Assembly: GCA_045638465.1 (NCBI GenBank)
Contig: JAZUBK010000056.1
Span: 1 to 51,802, forward strand
DNA length: 51,802 bases
Origin: Clostridia bacterium
Lineage (GTDB): Bacteria > Bacillota > Clostridia > Christensenellales > UBA1242
Reading direction: 5' to 3'
Part shown: piece after piece, positions 35,723-44,363 of the stretch
Layout: each line of letters opens with the position of its first letter
Numbering within the stretch: the first letter of the stretch is position 1
Program-made: the position numbers and the translations under genes
Notes under the pieces: model-generated
Databases searched by the model: none
What the model saw: only the letters and a program-made list of their open reading frames with translations
Told to the model about the DNA's origin: nothing

Positions 35723-36505
35723 CTATTCAGCTTTTTTTGTTGTTGTTTTTTTAGCTGTAGTTGTTTTTTTGGCTGCAGTTGTTGTTTTTGCGCCAGTTGA
35801 TTTTGTAGCTGTTGTCTTTTTAGCAGTTGTTGTTTTTGTAGTAGTTTTTCTAGTTGTTGTTTTCTTAGCAGCTGGTTTTTCTTCTGCTACTTCTTGAGCT
35901 ACTGGAGCTTCTACTTTTTCTTCTACTGCTGGTTCTTCTTTTACTTCAGCTACTGGTTCTGGTACGATTTCTTTGTTGCCTACTTTGATACCAGTGATTG
36001 TCAAAATAGTAACAAGACCAGAAGTCAAAGCGTTAAGTACTAGATAAATACCAACCAAGATTGAGAATTTTGAGTTTACAGCGATCATTGTGATACCAAA
36101 GATTAGGTTAATGATAGCATCTGCAAGTAGGTGGATATAAGGTCTTTTTGCAATTGCGTTTTTAACAATTTCGATTGTTTCTAAAACACAAGCAATCAAG
36201 CACCATAGACCAAACAATAGAACAAAAGCTAACTCATTGTTGTTTAGGCATAGCATCAAGATACCCCAAACAGCATCTAAAACACCAAGTGTAATATTGT
36301 TTCTAGCGTCTAATTCTTCTGTATATGTTAAAAATCCATATACAAGTCTTGTAGTACCAACACCCAAAATAAGTGTTCCTACAAATACAGCAAGAGCTTC
36401 TTTAGGAACTCCGCCATAACTAAGGCCTAGCATTACAAGTCCGGCAACAAGTAGGACTACTGCAATAACTAAAGGCATTATTTTTAGTTTTCTAATTTTA
36501 ATCAT
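35723..36505 (-). CDS. DUF308/HdeD-like membrane protein with a Pro/Glu-rich then Lys/Thr-repeat C-terminal tail
   Basis: The membrane core is similar to 35050-35619 (TRLVYG, VGIYLVLNA). The tail reads PEPVAEVKEEPAVEEKVEAPVAQEVAEEKPAAKKTTTRKTTTKTTTAKKTTATKSTGAKTTTAAKKTTTAKKTTTKKAE. An AGGAGAGG RBS is present. Confidence 0.7.
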   Translation of the reverse strand: MIKIRKLKIMPLVIAVVLLVAGLVMLGLSYGGVPKEALAVFVGTLILGVGTTRLVYGFLTYTEELDARNNITLGVLDAVWGILMLCLNNNELAFVLLFGLWCLIACVLETIEIVKNAIAKRPYIHLLADAIINLIFGITMIAVNSKFSILVGIYLVLNALTSGLVTILTITGIKVGNKEIVPEPVAEVKEEPAVEEKVEAPVAQEVAEEKPAAKKTTTRKTTTKTTTAKKTTATKSTGAKTTTAAKKTTTAKKTTTKKAE

Positions 36506-36590
36506 AAATATTCCTCTCCTTTTTGTTACTTAAATAATACTATATATTTGGGTATTTAGCAAATGATTTAATATTGTTTTTTCATAAAAA

Positions 36591-36841
36591 TGTGGACAAC
36601 TTTAGCCTTTCACAAAAGTTATCCACTCGTCCACACATTAATATTTATACATTTTGGCTTATAAATATAAATTTTGTGAATATTTAACATTTTTTTTGAA
36701 TAAAAACCCATTTTTGCACAAAAATTATCCACTTTTCCACAAAAATAAAAAAGTTATCCACAATCTGCTTTTGAAAGTTTGTGTTTTCGTATATCAAAAA
36801 CCCTTTTAAAAAACAGTTCTGTGAATAACTTTGGTGGATAA
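36591..36841. promoter_or_regulatory. DnaA-box cluster 2 (7 boxes with at most 1 mismatch, plus one 2-mismatch box, in 251 bp)
   Basis: One box is perfect: TTATCCACA at 36754-36762. Six have one mismatch: 36591-36599 (minus strand, TTGTCCACA), 36619-36627 and 36725-36733 (TTATCCACT), 36733-36741 (TTTTCCACA), 36820-36828 (minus strand, TTATTCACA) and 36833-36841 (minus strand, TTATCCACC). TCGTCCACA at 36627-36635 has two mismatches. An 85-bp tract at 36636-36720 is very AT-rich. Confidence 0.75.
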
Positions 36842-36892
36842 CTTTAGCAAAATTTACTTTTTATGCATATATTTATGCAAAAAGTTTGTATA

Positions 36893-38293
36893 TTATTCTA
36901 ACTCTTGAGGTGGAATAATAGATACATTGTTTGCGGGTAAAGTCATGCTATCGGGCAACTCCTCTACCCCCTCATACACAAGGCCTTGTTTAGGGGCATA
37001 AGTATCGTGTCTTATTTGCTCAGAAGACACTAAGTTGCCATTTTCGTAAAAATCAAGATAAGCTTTGCTCTCATATCCTTCTTGAGGGCTTTTCTCTCTA
37101 ACAAACTCACCTTTGAACATTATTTTTTCTTGGTACTTCCCTTCGGTGTCGGCAACAACTTTGTCTCCTCCATGAGGTAGTGTTTTTACAAGTTCTGCCC
37201 GAGGAACTATCTTTTGGTTTTCTTTGAGACTATTGCCATATATTACCACTTCTATATTTTTGTCATCACAGGTCGCTTTAATATAAAGCGGACCATCAGT
37301 GTTGTTGACAAATTTGAGGTCAGAATACCCCCAAGAAACCATCGCATCAAGAGATAGAGGCACGTAACTTGCAGGTCTTGAGTGAGGTTTTACCTCGGTT
37401 ACATTAAGTCCCGCCCTTATTACGGCATTATATAAAGTTGTAGACGCTTGGCATATTCCTCCACCGATACCATCTTCGTATTCTCCAGCCAAGATCACTT
37501 TTGCCTCTTTAAAGCCATTTGCTTCTGTCCGCTCTCCCACTGTTTCGTTAAAAGAAAACTCTTCGCCAGAAGATAAGACCTTGCCATTTATTTTTGAAAA
37601 GGCAAGGTTTATATTGTCTTTTCTTGCTCTGCTTGATTTTGAGTAATCTGTAGCGAATCTACCTTGCTCTTTAGTATACTTTATGACATCTTCAGTTAAT
37701 ATTTCTGGCTTTATGGTTAGGGTTGGAATATCTACTGCAAACTTATTTCCTGTTTTTAGTTTTCGCAAAATATCTCGACAAAGAGTTTCTCTATCTACAA
37801 CAACACCGTCAATATGACTTTTTATATCAAAAGGATTGTCTGCGGCTGGATCAAAAACAACTTCGGCGTTTTGAGGCTCTGTTTCTATCTCCGCAAAAAC
37901 TTCTTCAAGTTTGTCTTCCATACCATTAAAGACATACTCTATAGAGAGGCTTTTGTCTGTATAACTTCCGCTTTGGGATTTTTTCAAAATCTTTTTTAAT
38001 AGCTCTTCACTATTACTACTTGCGGTGAAGTTCCCTCCTCCAAAAAACCACTCGTAATCACCATACCTTAGGGTGAGCCCTGCATCGACACATTTACTAT
38101 CAATGCTTTCGTTTATTTTTTCAGTGGCGGCCGCTAAATTTAGCCCACCTATATCAACACCTGCAATATACGTGTTTTGCAAAAAGACTTTTTCTTTTTT
38201 GCTATCAAAAATAAAATAACTCCCACATACTACTGCCGCTATAACAATGGCAATAATAAATATGGAAGTTATTATGCGTTTTTTGTTTTTCAT
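36893..38293 (-). CDS. VanW family protein with a C-terminal G5-like domain (YoaR-like)
   Basis: An N-terminal TM helix is followed by a VanW core (GEEFSFNETVGERTEANGFKEA...GGGICQASTTLYNA) and then a G5-like tail. Confidence 0.75.
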   Translation of the reverse strand: MKNKKRIITSIFIIAIVIAAVVCGSYFIFDSKKEKVFLQNTYIAGVDIGGLNLAAATEKINESIDSKCVDAGLTLRYGDYEWFFGGGNFTASSNSEELLKKILKKSQSGSYTDKSLSIEYVFNGMEDKLEEVFAEIETEPQNAEVVFDPAADNPFDIKSHIDGVVVDRETLCRDILRKLKTGNKFAVDIPTLTIKPEILTEDVIKYTKEQGRFATDYSKSSRARKDNINLAFSKINGKVLSSGEEFSFNETVGERTEANGFKEAKVILAGEYEDGIGGGICQASTTLYNAVIRAGLNVTEVKPHSRPASYVPLSLDAMVSWGYSDLKFVNNTDGPLYIKATCDDKNIEVVIYGNSLKENQKIVPRAELVKTLPHGGDKVVADTEGKYQEKIMFKGEFVREKSPQEGYESKAYLDFYENGNLVSSEQIRHDTYAPKQGLVYEGVEELPDSMTLPANNVSIIPPQELE

Positions 38294-38336
38294 ACTACCT
38301 CTCCGTTTTGAAGTAGTATGTATTATTTAATTATTT

Positions 38337-39572
38337 TTATTCTTCAGTATCAAAACCTAAAAGTTCTCTTTCTTCATACTCTACATCTGCTACTGATTTT
38401 AGTTTCTTTTGTATTGTACGGCTCTTTTTGGTTGCGCTTTCTATTTTGTTTGAGGCCTCGTCTAGTTTCTTTTGGGTTTCGTCTAAGTATTTTACAAAGG
38501 TATTAAACTCTTGTTTAAATACACCAAGCATCTTCCAGATTTCGCTAGAACGCTTTTCTATAGCCAAAGTTTTAAAGCCCATTTGAAGGCTATTTAAAAG
38601 AGCAGTAATTGTATTTGGCCCACAAACCAAAACTTTATAATCTCTTTGCAACAGTTCACAAAGACCAAGGTTTTTAGCCACCTCTGCATATAGGCCTTCT
38701 ATCGGAAGGTACATTACTGCAAAATCTGTAGTCTTAGGAAGTTTAATATATTTTTCTTTAATCTTTTTTGCTTCTTCTTTAATTCTTCTCTCAAGGCTCT
38801 TTGTTTGAGATTCTACTTCTTTTAAATCACCACTTTCACTAGCGGCGCACAATCTTGAATAATCTTCTAAGGGGAATTTTGCGTCGATTGGCAAGTAAAT
38901 TTCTTCATCATCTTTTTTGCCTGGCAAAATTACTACAAAGTCTACCCTCTCTCCGCTACCATCTATAGATACTTGACTTGCATATTGATTAGGAGATAGC
39001 ATTTGCTCTAGTACATTACCTAGCTGAACTTCACCCCAAGTACCACGAGTTTTTACGTTGGTTAAAACCCTCTTTAGGTCAGACACACCGTCGATTGATG
39101 ATTGTATTTCTCCAGCGGCTTTTGTTACATTTTCTAGAGTTTTTACTATAGAGTTAAACGATTCGTCAAACCTTTCTTTTAAGGTAGAATTTAGTTTTTC
39201 GTCAACTGTTTGACGCATTTGCTCTAGTTTTTCATCGTTAGAGCGTTGCAATTTACTTAGACCGTCTGTTATTGTTTTAATGATATTATCAAGTCTTTGT
39301 TCGTTGTTTTGTAATATTACATCTAGCCCTTCTTTTATGCTTTTTAGTCTGTCGTTTTGCATATTAGATAGGTTTATTAAGTTCTGAGTAGTAAGTTCAT
39401 TAAAATCTTTATTAAAGTCTTTTAACCTTGATATCTCTTTGGTTAGGTTTTCTTCTAGCTTCGCAAAATCTTTTGTATAATCGATTTCGCCATTTGCTTT
39501 TTTTCTACCAACCAAAAGATATATAACTAACCCTAAAGTTATAATAGATATAATCAAAGTTACTATTTCCAT
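38337..39572 (-). CDS. rmuC: DNA recombination protein RmuC
   Basis: An N-terminal TM helix and a long coiled coil are followed by the conserved C-terminal nuclease-like core (VDFVVILPG...IDAKFPLEDY...FAVMYLPIEGLY). Confidence 0.85.
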   Translation of the reverse strand: MEIVTLIISIITLGLVIYLLVGRKKANGEIDYTKDFAKLEENLTKEISRLKDFNKDFNELTTQNLINLSNMQNDRLKSIKEGLDVILQNNEQRLDNIIKTITDGLSKLQRSNDEKLEQMRQTVDEKLNSTLKERFDESFNSIVKTLENVTKAAGEIQSSIDGVSDLKRVLTNVKTRGTWGEVQLGNVLEQMLSPNQYASQVSIDGSGERVDFVVILPGKKDDEEIYLPIDAKFPLEDYSRLCAASESGDLKEVESQTKSLERRIKEEAKKIKEKYIKLPKTTDFAVMYLPIEGLYAEVAKNLGLCELLQRDYKVLVCGPNTITALLNSLQMGFKTLAIEKRSSEIWKMLGVFKQEFNTFVKYLDETQKKLDEASNKIESATKKSRTIQKKLKSVADVEYEERELLGFDTEE

Positions 39573-39581
39573 ATTTACTCC

Positions 39582-40688
39582 TTATAATAATTTTTTTATT
39601 GTCGCATAAGTCTTAGCATCTTTTACCTTCAAAAGTCTAAGCAATTGTTCATTACCTTTTAGGTACTTTTCTACGAAGGCTACTTTGTCAGAGAGACTCT
39701 TACCGCTCAAATTTAGTGCGATTTCTAAATTTTTGATAGTATCCAAAATTTCTTTTTTGATAACCTTGGCAAAGTTTAGACCGTGTTGACTAAGTAATAT
39801 TGTTTCAAAGTCTTTTGGATTTTCAACAACATTAAGTCTTTTTAGATAAAAATAGGCATCGACACAAAAAGCAAGTAATGGGTTTTCTTTTTCTTTAACA
39901 AATAAATTTAGATAAGCACCTACACCTCTTATACTTGCTACCCTATCATCTGTAGAAAAGTATTTCCACAAATCAAGTTTGTCGATGAGTTTGATACCGT
40001 TGTATGCTCTATTTTTGTTAAACAAACTTTTACGATCAATCTTTTGGTAAGTTTTGTTTGCGTTAACTATTTTTACAAACTCATCTCTTATACGGTCTTT
40101 TGATATTTTGCTTAGATTATCTTTGTAATTTTCTGCAGCAATATATGTTTCGTTTTCGATAACAAAATTTAGCTCACTTGCAAATCTTATCATACGCAAA
40201 ATTCTAACGCCGTCATTTTTTAGCACAAACTCTGGGGTTTCAACGGTTTTTAAAACTTTGTTTTTTATATCTTGTTCGCCACCATAAAAATCAATAAGCT
40301 TGTTTTTAATAATTTCATAATAAAGGCTATTGCAAGTAAAATCTCTGCGTGATACATCTTCTACAATGGTCGCATCAAAGTTAATTTGGTATGGGGTATG
40401 TGCTCCACCATTTTTATAAACCTCACGCCTAAATGTTGCATACTCAAAACGCTCTTCTCCGCAAATAATTTCGCAAGTATTTAATTCTTTGTTTTTTACT
40501 TTCATTTCAAAATTTTGAGGCAGAAGTTTCTTTACTTCATCTAAAGTTAGATTTGATGCAAGGTCTATATCCGTAGACGGCAATCTACATATCTGATTGC
40601 GCACATATCCTCCCACTATAAATAGTGGATTATCAAGGCCAAATGCCAAGGCCAAAGTATTTAGTTTTTCGCTTACTTTTATTTTCAT
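39582..40688 (-). CDS. cca: tRNA nucleotidyltransferase/poly(A) polymerase family protein (CCA-adding type)
   Basis: The motifs are FIVGGYVRN, DIDLAS and RRDFTCNSLYY (the RRD motif). At 368 aa it is short for the family. Confidence 0.75.
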   Translation of the reverse strand: MKIKVSEKLNTLALAFGLDNPLFIVGGYVRNQICRLPSTDIDLASNLTLDEVKKLLPQNFEMKVKNKELNTCEIICGEERFEYATFRREVYKNGGAHTPYQINFDATIVEDVSRRDFTCNSLYYEIIKNKLIDFYGGEQDIKNKVLKTVETPEFVLKNDGVRILRMIRFASELNFVIENETYIAAENYKDNLSKISKDRIRDEFVKIVNANKTYQKIDRKSLFNKNRAYNGIKLIDKLDLWKYFSTDDRVASIRGVGAYLNLFVKEKENPLLAFCVDAYFYLKRLNVVENPKDFETILLSQHGLNFAKVIKKEILDTIKNLEIALNLSGKSLSDKVAFVEKYLKGNEQLLRLLKVKDAKTYATIKKLL

Positions 40689-40694
40689 GTTTTT

Positions 40695-40703
40695 ATTATA
40701 TCA
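40695..40703 (-). promoter_or_regulatory. Extended -10 element TGaTATAAT 6 nt upstream of the cca ATG
   Basis: On the minus strand TGATATAAT (40703-40695) is followed by aaaaac and then ATG 40688. There is no SD, and the -35 is weak. Confidence 0.5.
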
Positions 40704-40870
40704 AAAAAAACAATACAAACAAAGAAATTTTTATAAACTATATACTTACACAAATAATTATATCAAAATCAACGTCCCAAAAACGCCACATCAAAAGATT
40801 TGCCTTTTTATTTACTTTTTATTTGTCATAAGCGTTTTTGGTATGCTAAACTCATATTAGGAGAAGAAAA

Positions 40871-41377
40871 ATGAAGGTTTTAATTCCACATGATGAAATA
40901 ATAGGTATTTGCAAAAGAATAGGAAAAGAATTGACCGAAAAGTTTAGCGGGAAGTTCCCTGTTGTTGTGTGCGTATTAAAAGGCGCAGCCCCATTTCATA
41001 GTGAACTGATAAAGCACGTCAAAACTGATATTGAGGTGGACTATATCCAAGTAAGTAGTTATGTCGGCACTCAAAGTAGCGGGGTTATTACTTTCAAAAA
41101 AGATTTTGAGGTAGACGTTGAGGATCGTGACGTTATAATTGTTGAAGATATAGTAGATAGCGGCAGAACTCTCACAAAGCTAAACGAAATATTAAAAACA
41201 AAAGGTGTAAAATCAACAACCTATGTCACTATGTTAGACAAGCCTTGCAAAAGGACAACACCTTTTGTACCCGATTATATAGGTAAAACAATCGATGACC
41301 TTTTTGTAATTGGTTTTGGGTTAGACCTAGACGAAAAATACAGAAACCTTGAAGATATTTGCATATTTGAAGAATAA
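40871..41377 (+). CDS. hpt: Hypoxanthine phosphoribosyltransferase
   Basis: The PRPP-binding loop is VIIVEDIVDSGRTL. The protein is 168 aa, and an AGGAG RBS is present. Confidence 0.9.
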   Translation: MKVLIPHDEIIGICKRIGKELTEKFSGKFPVVVCVLKGAAPFHSELIKHVKTDIEVDYIQVSSYVGTQSSGVITFKKDFEVDVEDRDVIIVEDIVDSGRTLTKLNEILKTKGVKSTTYVTMLDKPCKRTTPFVPDYIGKTIDDLFVIGFGLDLDEKYRNLEDICIFEE

Positions 41378-41380
41378 AAA

Positions 41381-41409
41381 AAGAAGAGAAAAATTCTCTT
41401 CTTTTTTTA
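41381..41409 (+). terminator. Rho-independent terminator
   Basis: The stem AAGAAGAGAA/TTCTCTTCTT is followed by a T7 run. Confidence 0.8.
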
Positions 41410-41468
41410 TTGTTTTATTTTGCATTTAAATTAAATTGCCAAGATAGATTATAGTTGCTTTTCAAAGG

Positions 41469-41771
41469 TTAGTTATCAAAGTCATCAAGAGGAGTTCTTC
41501 TTCCCTTTTGGTATTCTTCAATTACTTGAGAGTATGACATTGCTGTTCCACCGTAATATAAAATTCCACCATCTGGACCACAAAGAATTATGTATCCGTT
41601 GCGAGAACTTCCCTCTAGCATTACGTTACCGCTTTCGTCAAGGCTTGGGCAGAAACAAAAGATTTCTGTTGCCTCATCTACAAAGCCTAGTTTGTCTACG
41701 ACCTCAACCGGAACTTTCACAAGGCTTGAGATAAGCGCTTTACTATCGTTTAGAGATATTGTTTTTTCCAT
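41469..41771 (-). CDS. Hypothetical small protein (100 aa)
   Basis: This is a complete ORF with an AAGGGG RBS. No family was recognised. Confidence 0.55.
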   Translation of the reverse strand: MEKTISLNDSKALISSLVKVPVEVVDKLGFVDEATEIFCFCPSLDESGNVMLEGSSRNGYIILCGPDGGILYYGGTAMSYSQVIEEYQKGRRTPLDDFDN

Positions 41772-41801
41772 AGTTATTCCCCTTTTCGTTTTATAATTTA
41801 T

Positions 41802-42758
41802 TTATTCTATTCCGCAGTCTTTAGTAAAGGCTTTTAGTGTTTCCACATATCCTTTACTATCTACCATATAGCACAAACCATGTTCGCCCTCTTTGGTTAT
41901 ATGAAGGTGTTTTTTAGGACAGGCACAAGCCTCATAATTTTCTTTTGACATATAACATGGTACAAAGTTGTCTTCTTCGGTATGGAAAAAGGCAACGGGT
42001 ATTTTACACTTTTTTATATTGTCAATAGGCCTTGCGTCATCTAAGTCAAATCTTCCAAATATCTTAGCACTAAGTTTTATAAGTGGATAAAAAATTTTTG
42101 CAGGAAGGTGAAGTTGTTTTACAACCTTTTTGATTATATCTTCAGCGGTAGTATAGCCACAATCAGCAACAACACCAACAACATTTTTTGGCAAATCTTC
42201 GCTACCTGCAGCAATCATAACAGTAGCTGCCCCCATAGAAATTCCTGTCATTAAAATTTTTACATCTTTACCAAACTTTTCTATTATAAAGTTCACCCAA
42301 GATAGACAGTCTTTGCTTTCTTTAGCTCCGAAAGTTATAACATGACCGTCGCTATATCCTGCCCCTCTATGATCTACCAAAAGAACGTTGTGCCCAAGAC
42401 TGTGAGCTCTAAGTACGCCAACACTAAGGTCAGTTTCGCTATTGCCACGATATCCATGCATCATAAGTTCTATTGGAACACCTTTTTTTACCTCAAAATA
42501 TCTGCCTTTTAAAATAAGACCATCAAAAGATATTATTTCTACCTTTTGACAAGGCATCGCTCTTGTCTTTTTCATAGGCTCAATTAATTGGTCTTTCATG
42601 GCAAGATAAACTTTTCCTGGAGGTAAAGAATATTCTTGCAACTTCTTTTTTGTACGGGTTCTTGAATAAAATGTCATCAAAAAACAAATAAGAAGTAACA
42701 TGAAAAACAATAAAATAAGTCCGCCAATAACCCCTAAGGTTATCCAAAGTCCTAACAC
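41802..42758 (-). CDS. Alpha/beta hydrolase with an N-terminal membrane anchor
   Basis: The start is GTG with an AAGGAG RBS. An N-terminal TM helix is followed by HGYRGN, the nucleophile elbow GISMGAA, and a late D/H (EDNFV, GEHG). Confidence 0.75.
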   Translation of the reverse strand: MLGLWITLGVIGGLILLFFMLLLICFLMTFYSRTRTKKKLQEYSLPPGKVYLAMKDQLIEPMKKTRAMPCQKVEIISFDGLILKGRYFEVKKGVPIELMMHGYRGNSETDLSVGVLRAHSLGHNVLLVDHRGAGYSDGHVITFGAKESKDCLSWVNFIIEKFGKDVKILMTGISMGAATVMIAAGSEDLPKNVVGVVADCGYTTAEDIIKKVVKQLHLPAKIFYPLIKLSAKIFGRFDLDDARPIDNIKKCKIPVAFFHTEEDNFVPCYMSKENYEACACPKKHLHITKEGEHGLCYMVDSKGYVETLKAFTKDCGIE

Positions 42759-42867
42759 TTTAAACTCCTTTTAATTTTAACAGCCAAAGGTATTTTGCTT
42801 TTGGCTATTATATTTTTATTATATTATTTTTATTTTGTATGCACAAATATTTTTTATACAAAAATTG

Positions 42868-42897
42868 TTGCAAATACTATCAAAAATCATTTATTAT
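42868..42897 (+). promoter_or_regulatory. Sigma-A promoter (TTGCAA-18-TATTAT) 6 nt upstream of the acyltransferase ATG
   Basis: TTGCAA is at 42868-42873 and TATTAT at 42892-42897. Only aaatgt (no SD) precedes ATG 42904. Confidence 0.5.
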
Positions 42898-42903
42898 AAA
42901 TGT

Positions 42904-44187
42904 ATGGCTATAGAAAAAGAAAATATTGAAGTAAATTATAAAAACAAAAAGCGTTATAAAACCGCGAAATACCCTATAAGACAACCTAAGTTTTTGACTT
43001 GGCTTATTTTGGTTTTGTCTAAGATTATGCTATCAAAAGAAGATTATAAGGTGGAAAAAATTAATATGGAAGGCCTAAAGCCACCATATATGATGCTTTC
43101 TAATCACATGCAATTTATTGACTTTGAACTAGCAGCAATCGGCACAAAACTAAACAGGGTCAATAATGTTGTATCTATAGATGGTTATTACAGAAGACCT
43201 TGGTTGCTTGAGCTTATCGGAGCGATTTGCACTAGAAAATACACTATGGATTTACACCTTATCAAGTCTATAAACAAAGTGCTAAAACGTGGAGATATAC
43301 TTTCTATGTATCCAGAGGCAAGATATTCGCCTTGTGGCATACAGTCATATATTCCAGAGTCTTTAGGCAAGATAATCAAGATGAATAAAGTACCAGTAGT
43401 TGCGGTTGTTCATAGAGGAAACTACCTAAGAGCACCTTTTTGGAACTATCGCAAAAAACGTAAAGTTCCGCTAAGAACAACTATGACTCAAATACTATCT
43501 GCAGAAGATGTAAAAAACAAATCTGTAGAAGAAATAAATGAGATAGTAAAAAAATCTCTTGATTATAACGAATACAATTATCAACTAGAAAACAACATCA
43601 AAATTACAGAAGATTTTAGGGCGGAAGGATTACACAAAATATTATATCAATGTCCTCACTGTCTTGCTGAATCAAAAATGGAATCAAAGGGCACGGAAAT
43701 TTTTTGCACGGAGTGTGGAAAACGTTGGATCCTAAACGAAGACGGCACACTTACTGCAAATGATGGCAAAACTGAATTTCCACATATTCCAGATTGGTTT
43801 AAATGGGAACAGGAGCAAGTAAGAAAGCAGGTACTAGATGGAACTTATCACTTTGAGGACGAGGTAGAAGTTTTCTCTATGCCAAGATGCTGGAAGTTTG
43901 AAAAACTAGGCATGGCAAAAGTTGAACACGATATTGAAAAAGGTTTCGTTTTAAAAGGTCACTATAGAGATAAAGCTTATGCTATACAAAGACTGCCTCT
44001 TGAAATGAATAGTTTACATGTGGAATATGATTATTGTTATATCAAGCCTTTTGACTGCTTTGACATTTCTACCGAAAATGATTCGTTTTACTGCTACCCA
44101 AAAAAGCAAAATGTTTTAACAAAACTTGCCTTTGCCACCGAAGAAATTTATAAACTAAAGCTAAAGCAAAGCAAAACAAAGAAGTAA
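42904..44187 (+). CDS. Acyltransferase (PlsC/LPLAT family) with a C-terminal zinc-ribbon-containing extension
   Basis: The HX4D motif is NHMQFID, and YPEARYSP is present. A CPHC...CTEC zinc ribbon follows. The start was moved from TTG 42835 to ATG 42904, which fits the promoter position. Confidence 0.7.
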   Translation: MAIEKENIEVNYKNKKRYKTAKYPIRQPKFLTWLILVLSKIMLSKEDYKVEKINMEGLKPPYMMLSNHMQFIDFELAAIGTKLNRVNNVVSIDGYYRRPWLLELIGAICTRKYTMDLHLIKSINKVLKRGDILSMYPEARYSPCGIQSYIPESLGKIIKMNKVPVVAVVHRGNYLRAPFWNYRKKRKVPLRTTMTQILSAEDVKNKSVEEINEIVKKSLDYNEYNYQLENNIKITEDFRAEGLHKILYQCPHCLAESKMESKGTEIFCTECGKRWILNEDGTLTANDGKTEFPHIPDWFKWEQEQVRKQVLDGTYHFEDEVEVFSMPRCWKFEKLGMAKVEHDIEKGFVLKGHYRDKAYAIQRLPLEMNSLHVEYDYCYIKPFDCFDISTENDSFYCYPKKQNVLTKLAFATEEIYKLKLKQSKTKK

Positions 44188-44196
44188 TATGTAAAT

Positions 44197-44231
44197 AAAA
44201 AAGACCTCTCAAAAATGAGAGGCTTTTTTTC
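44197..44231 (+). terminator. Rho-independent terminator (bidirectional type)
   Basis: The stem CCTCTCA/TGAGAGG (44205-44211 and 44216-44222) is flanked by A- and T-runs. Confidence 0.8.
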
Positions 44232-44334
44232 TATTTTGTTGTTTTTGCTTTTTCTTTTTTACAATTTGTTTCTCCTTAGCATTTTATACGATTATTTTAA
44301 CAAACAAAAATCGACTTGTTAACTATTTTTTCAA

Positions 44335-44363
44335 CAAAAAAAACTACCGAAGTAGTTTTTTTT
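44335..44363 (-). terminator. Rho-independent terminator after tilS
   Basis: The stem AACTAC/GTAGTT (44342-44347 and 44352-44357) has a cgaa loop. An A9 run gives T9 on the minus strand. Confidence 0.75.

Noticed and set aside
44222-44278. A mini-ORF for a very basic 18-aa peptide (IVKKKKQKQQNRKKASHF) after AAGGAG on the minus strand, between two terminators.
   Set aside because: The only possible start is ATT, since the adjacent TTG is followed directly by TAA. There is no convincing promoter, and the ORF runs through a terminator hairpin. It is most likely a fortuitous A-rich sequence.
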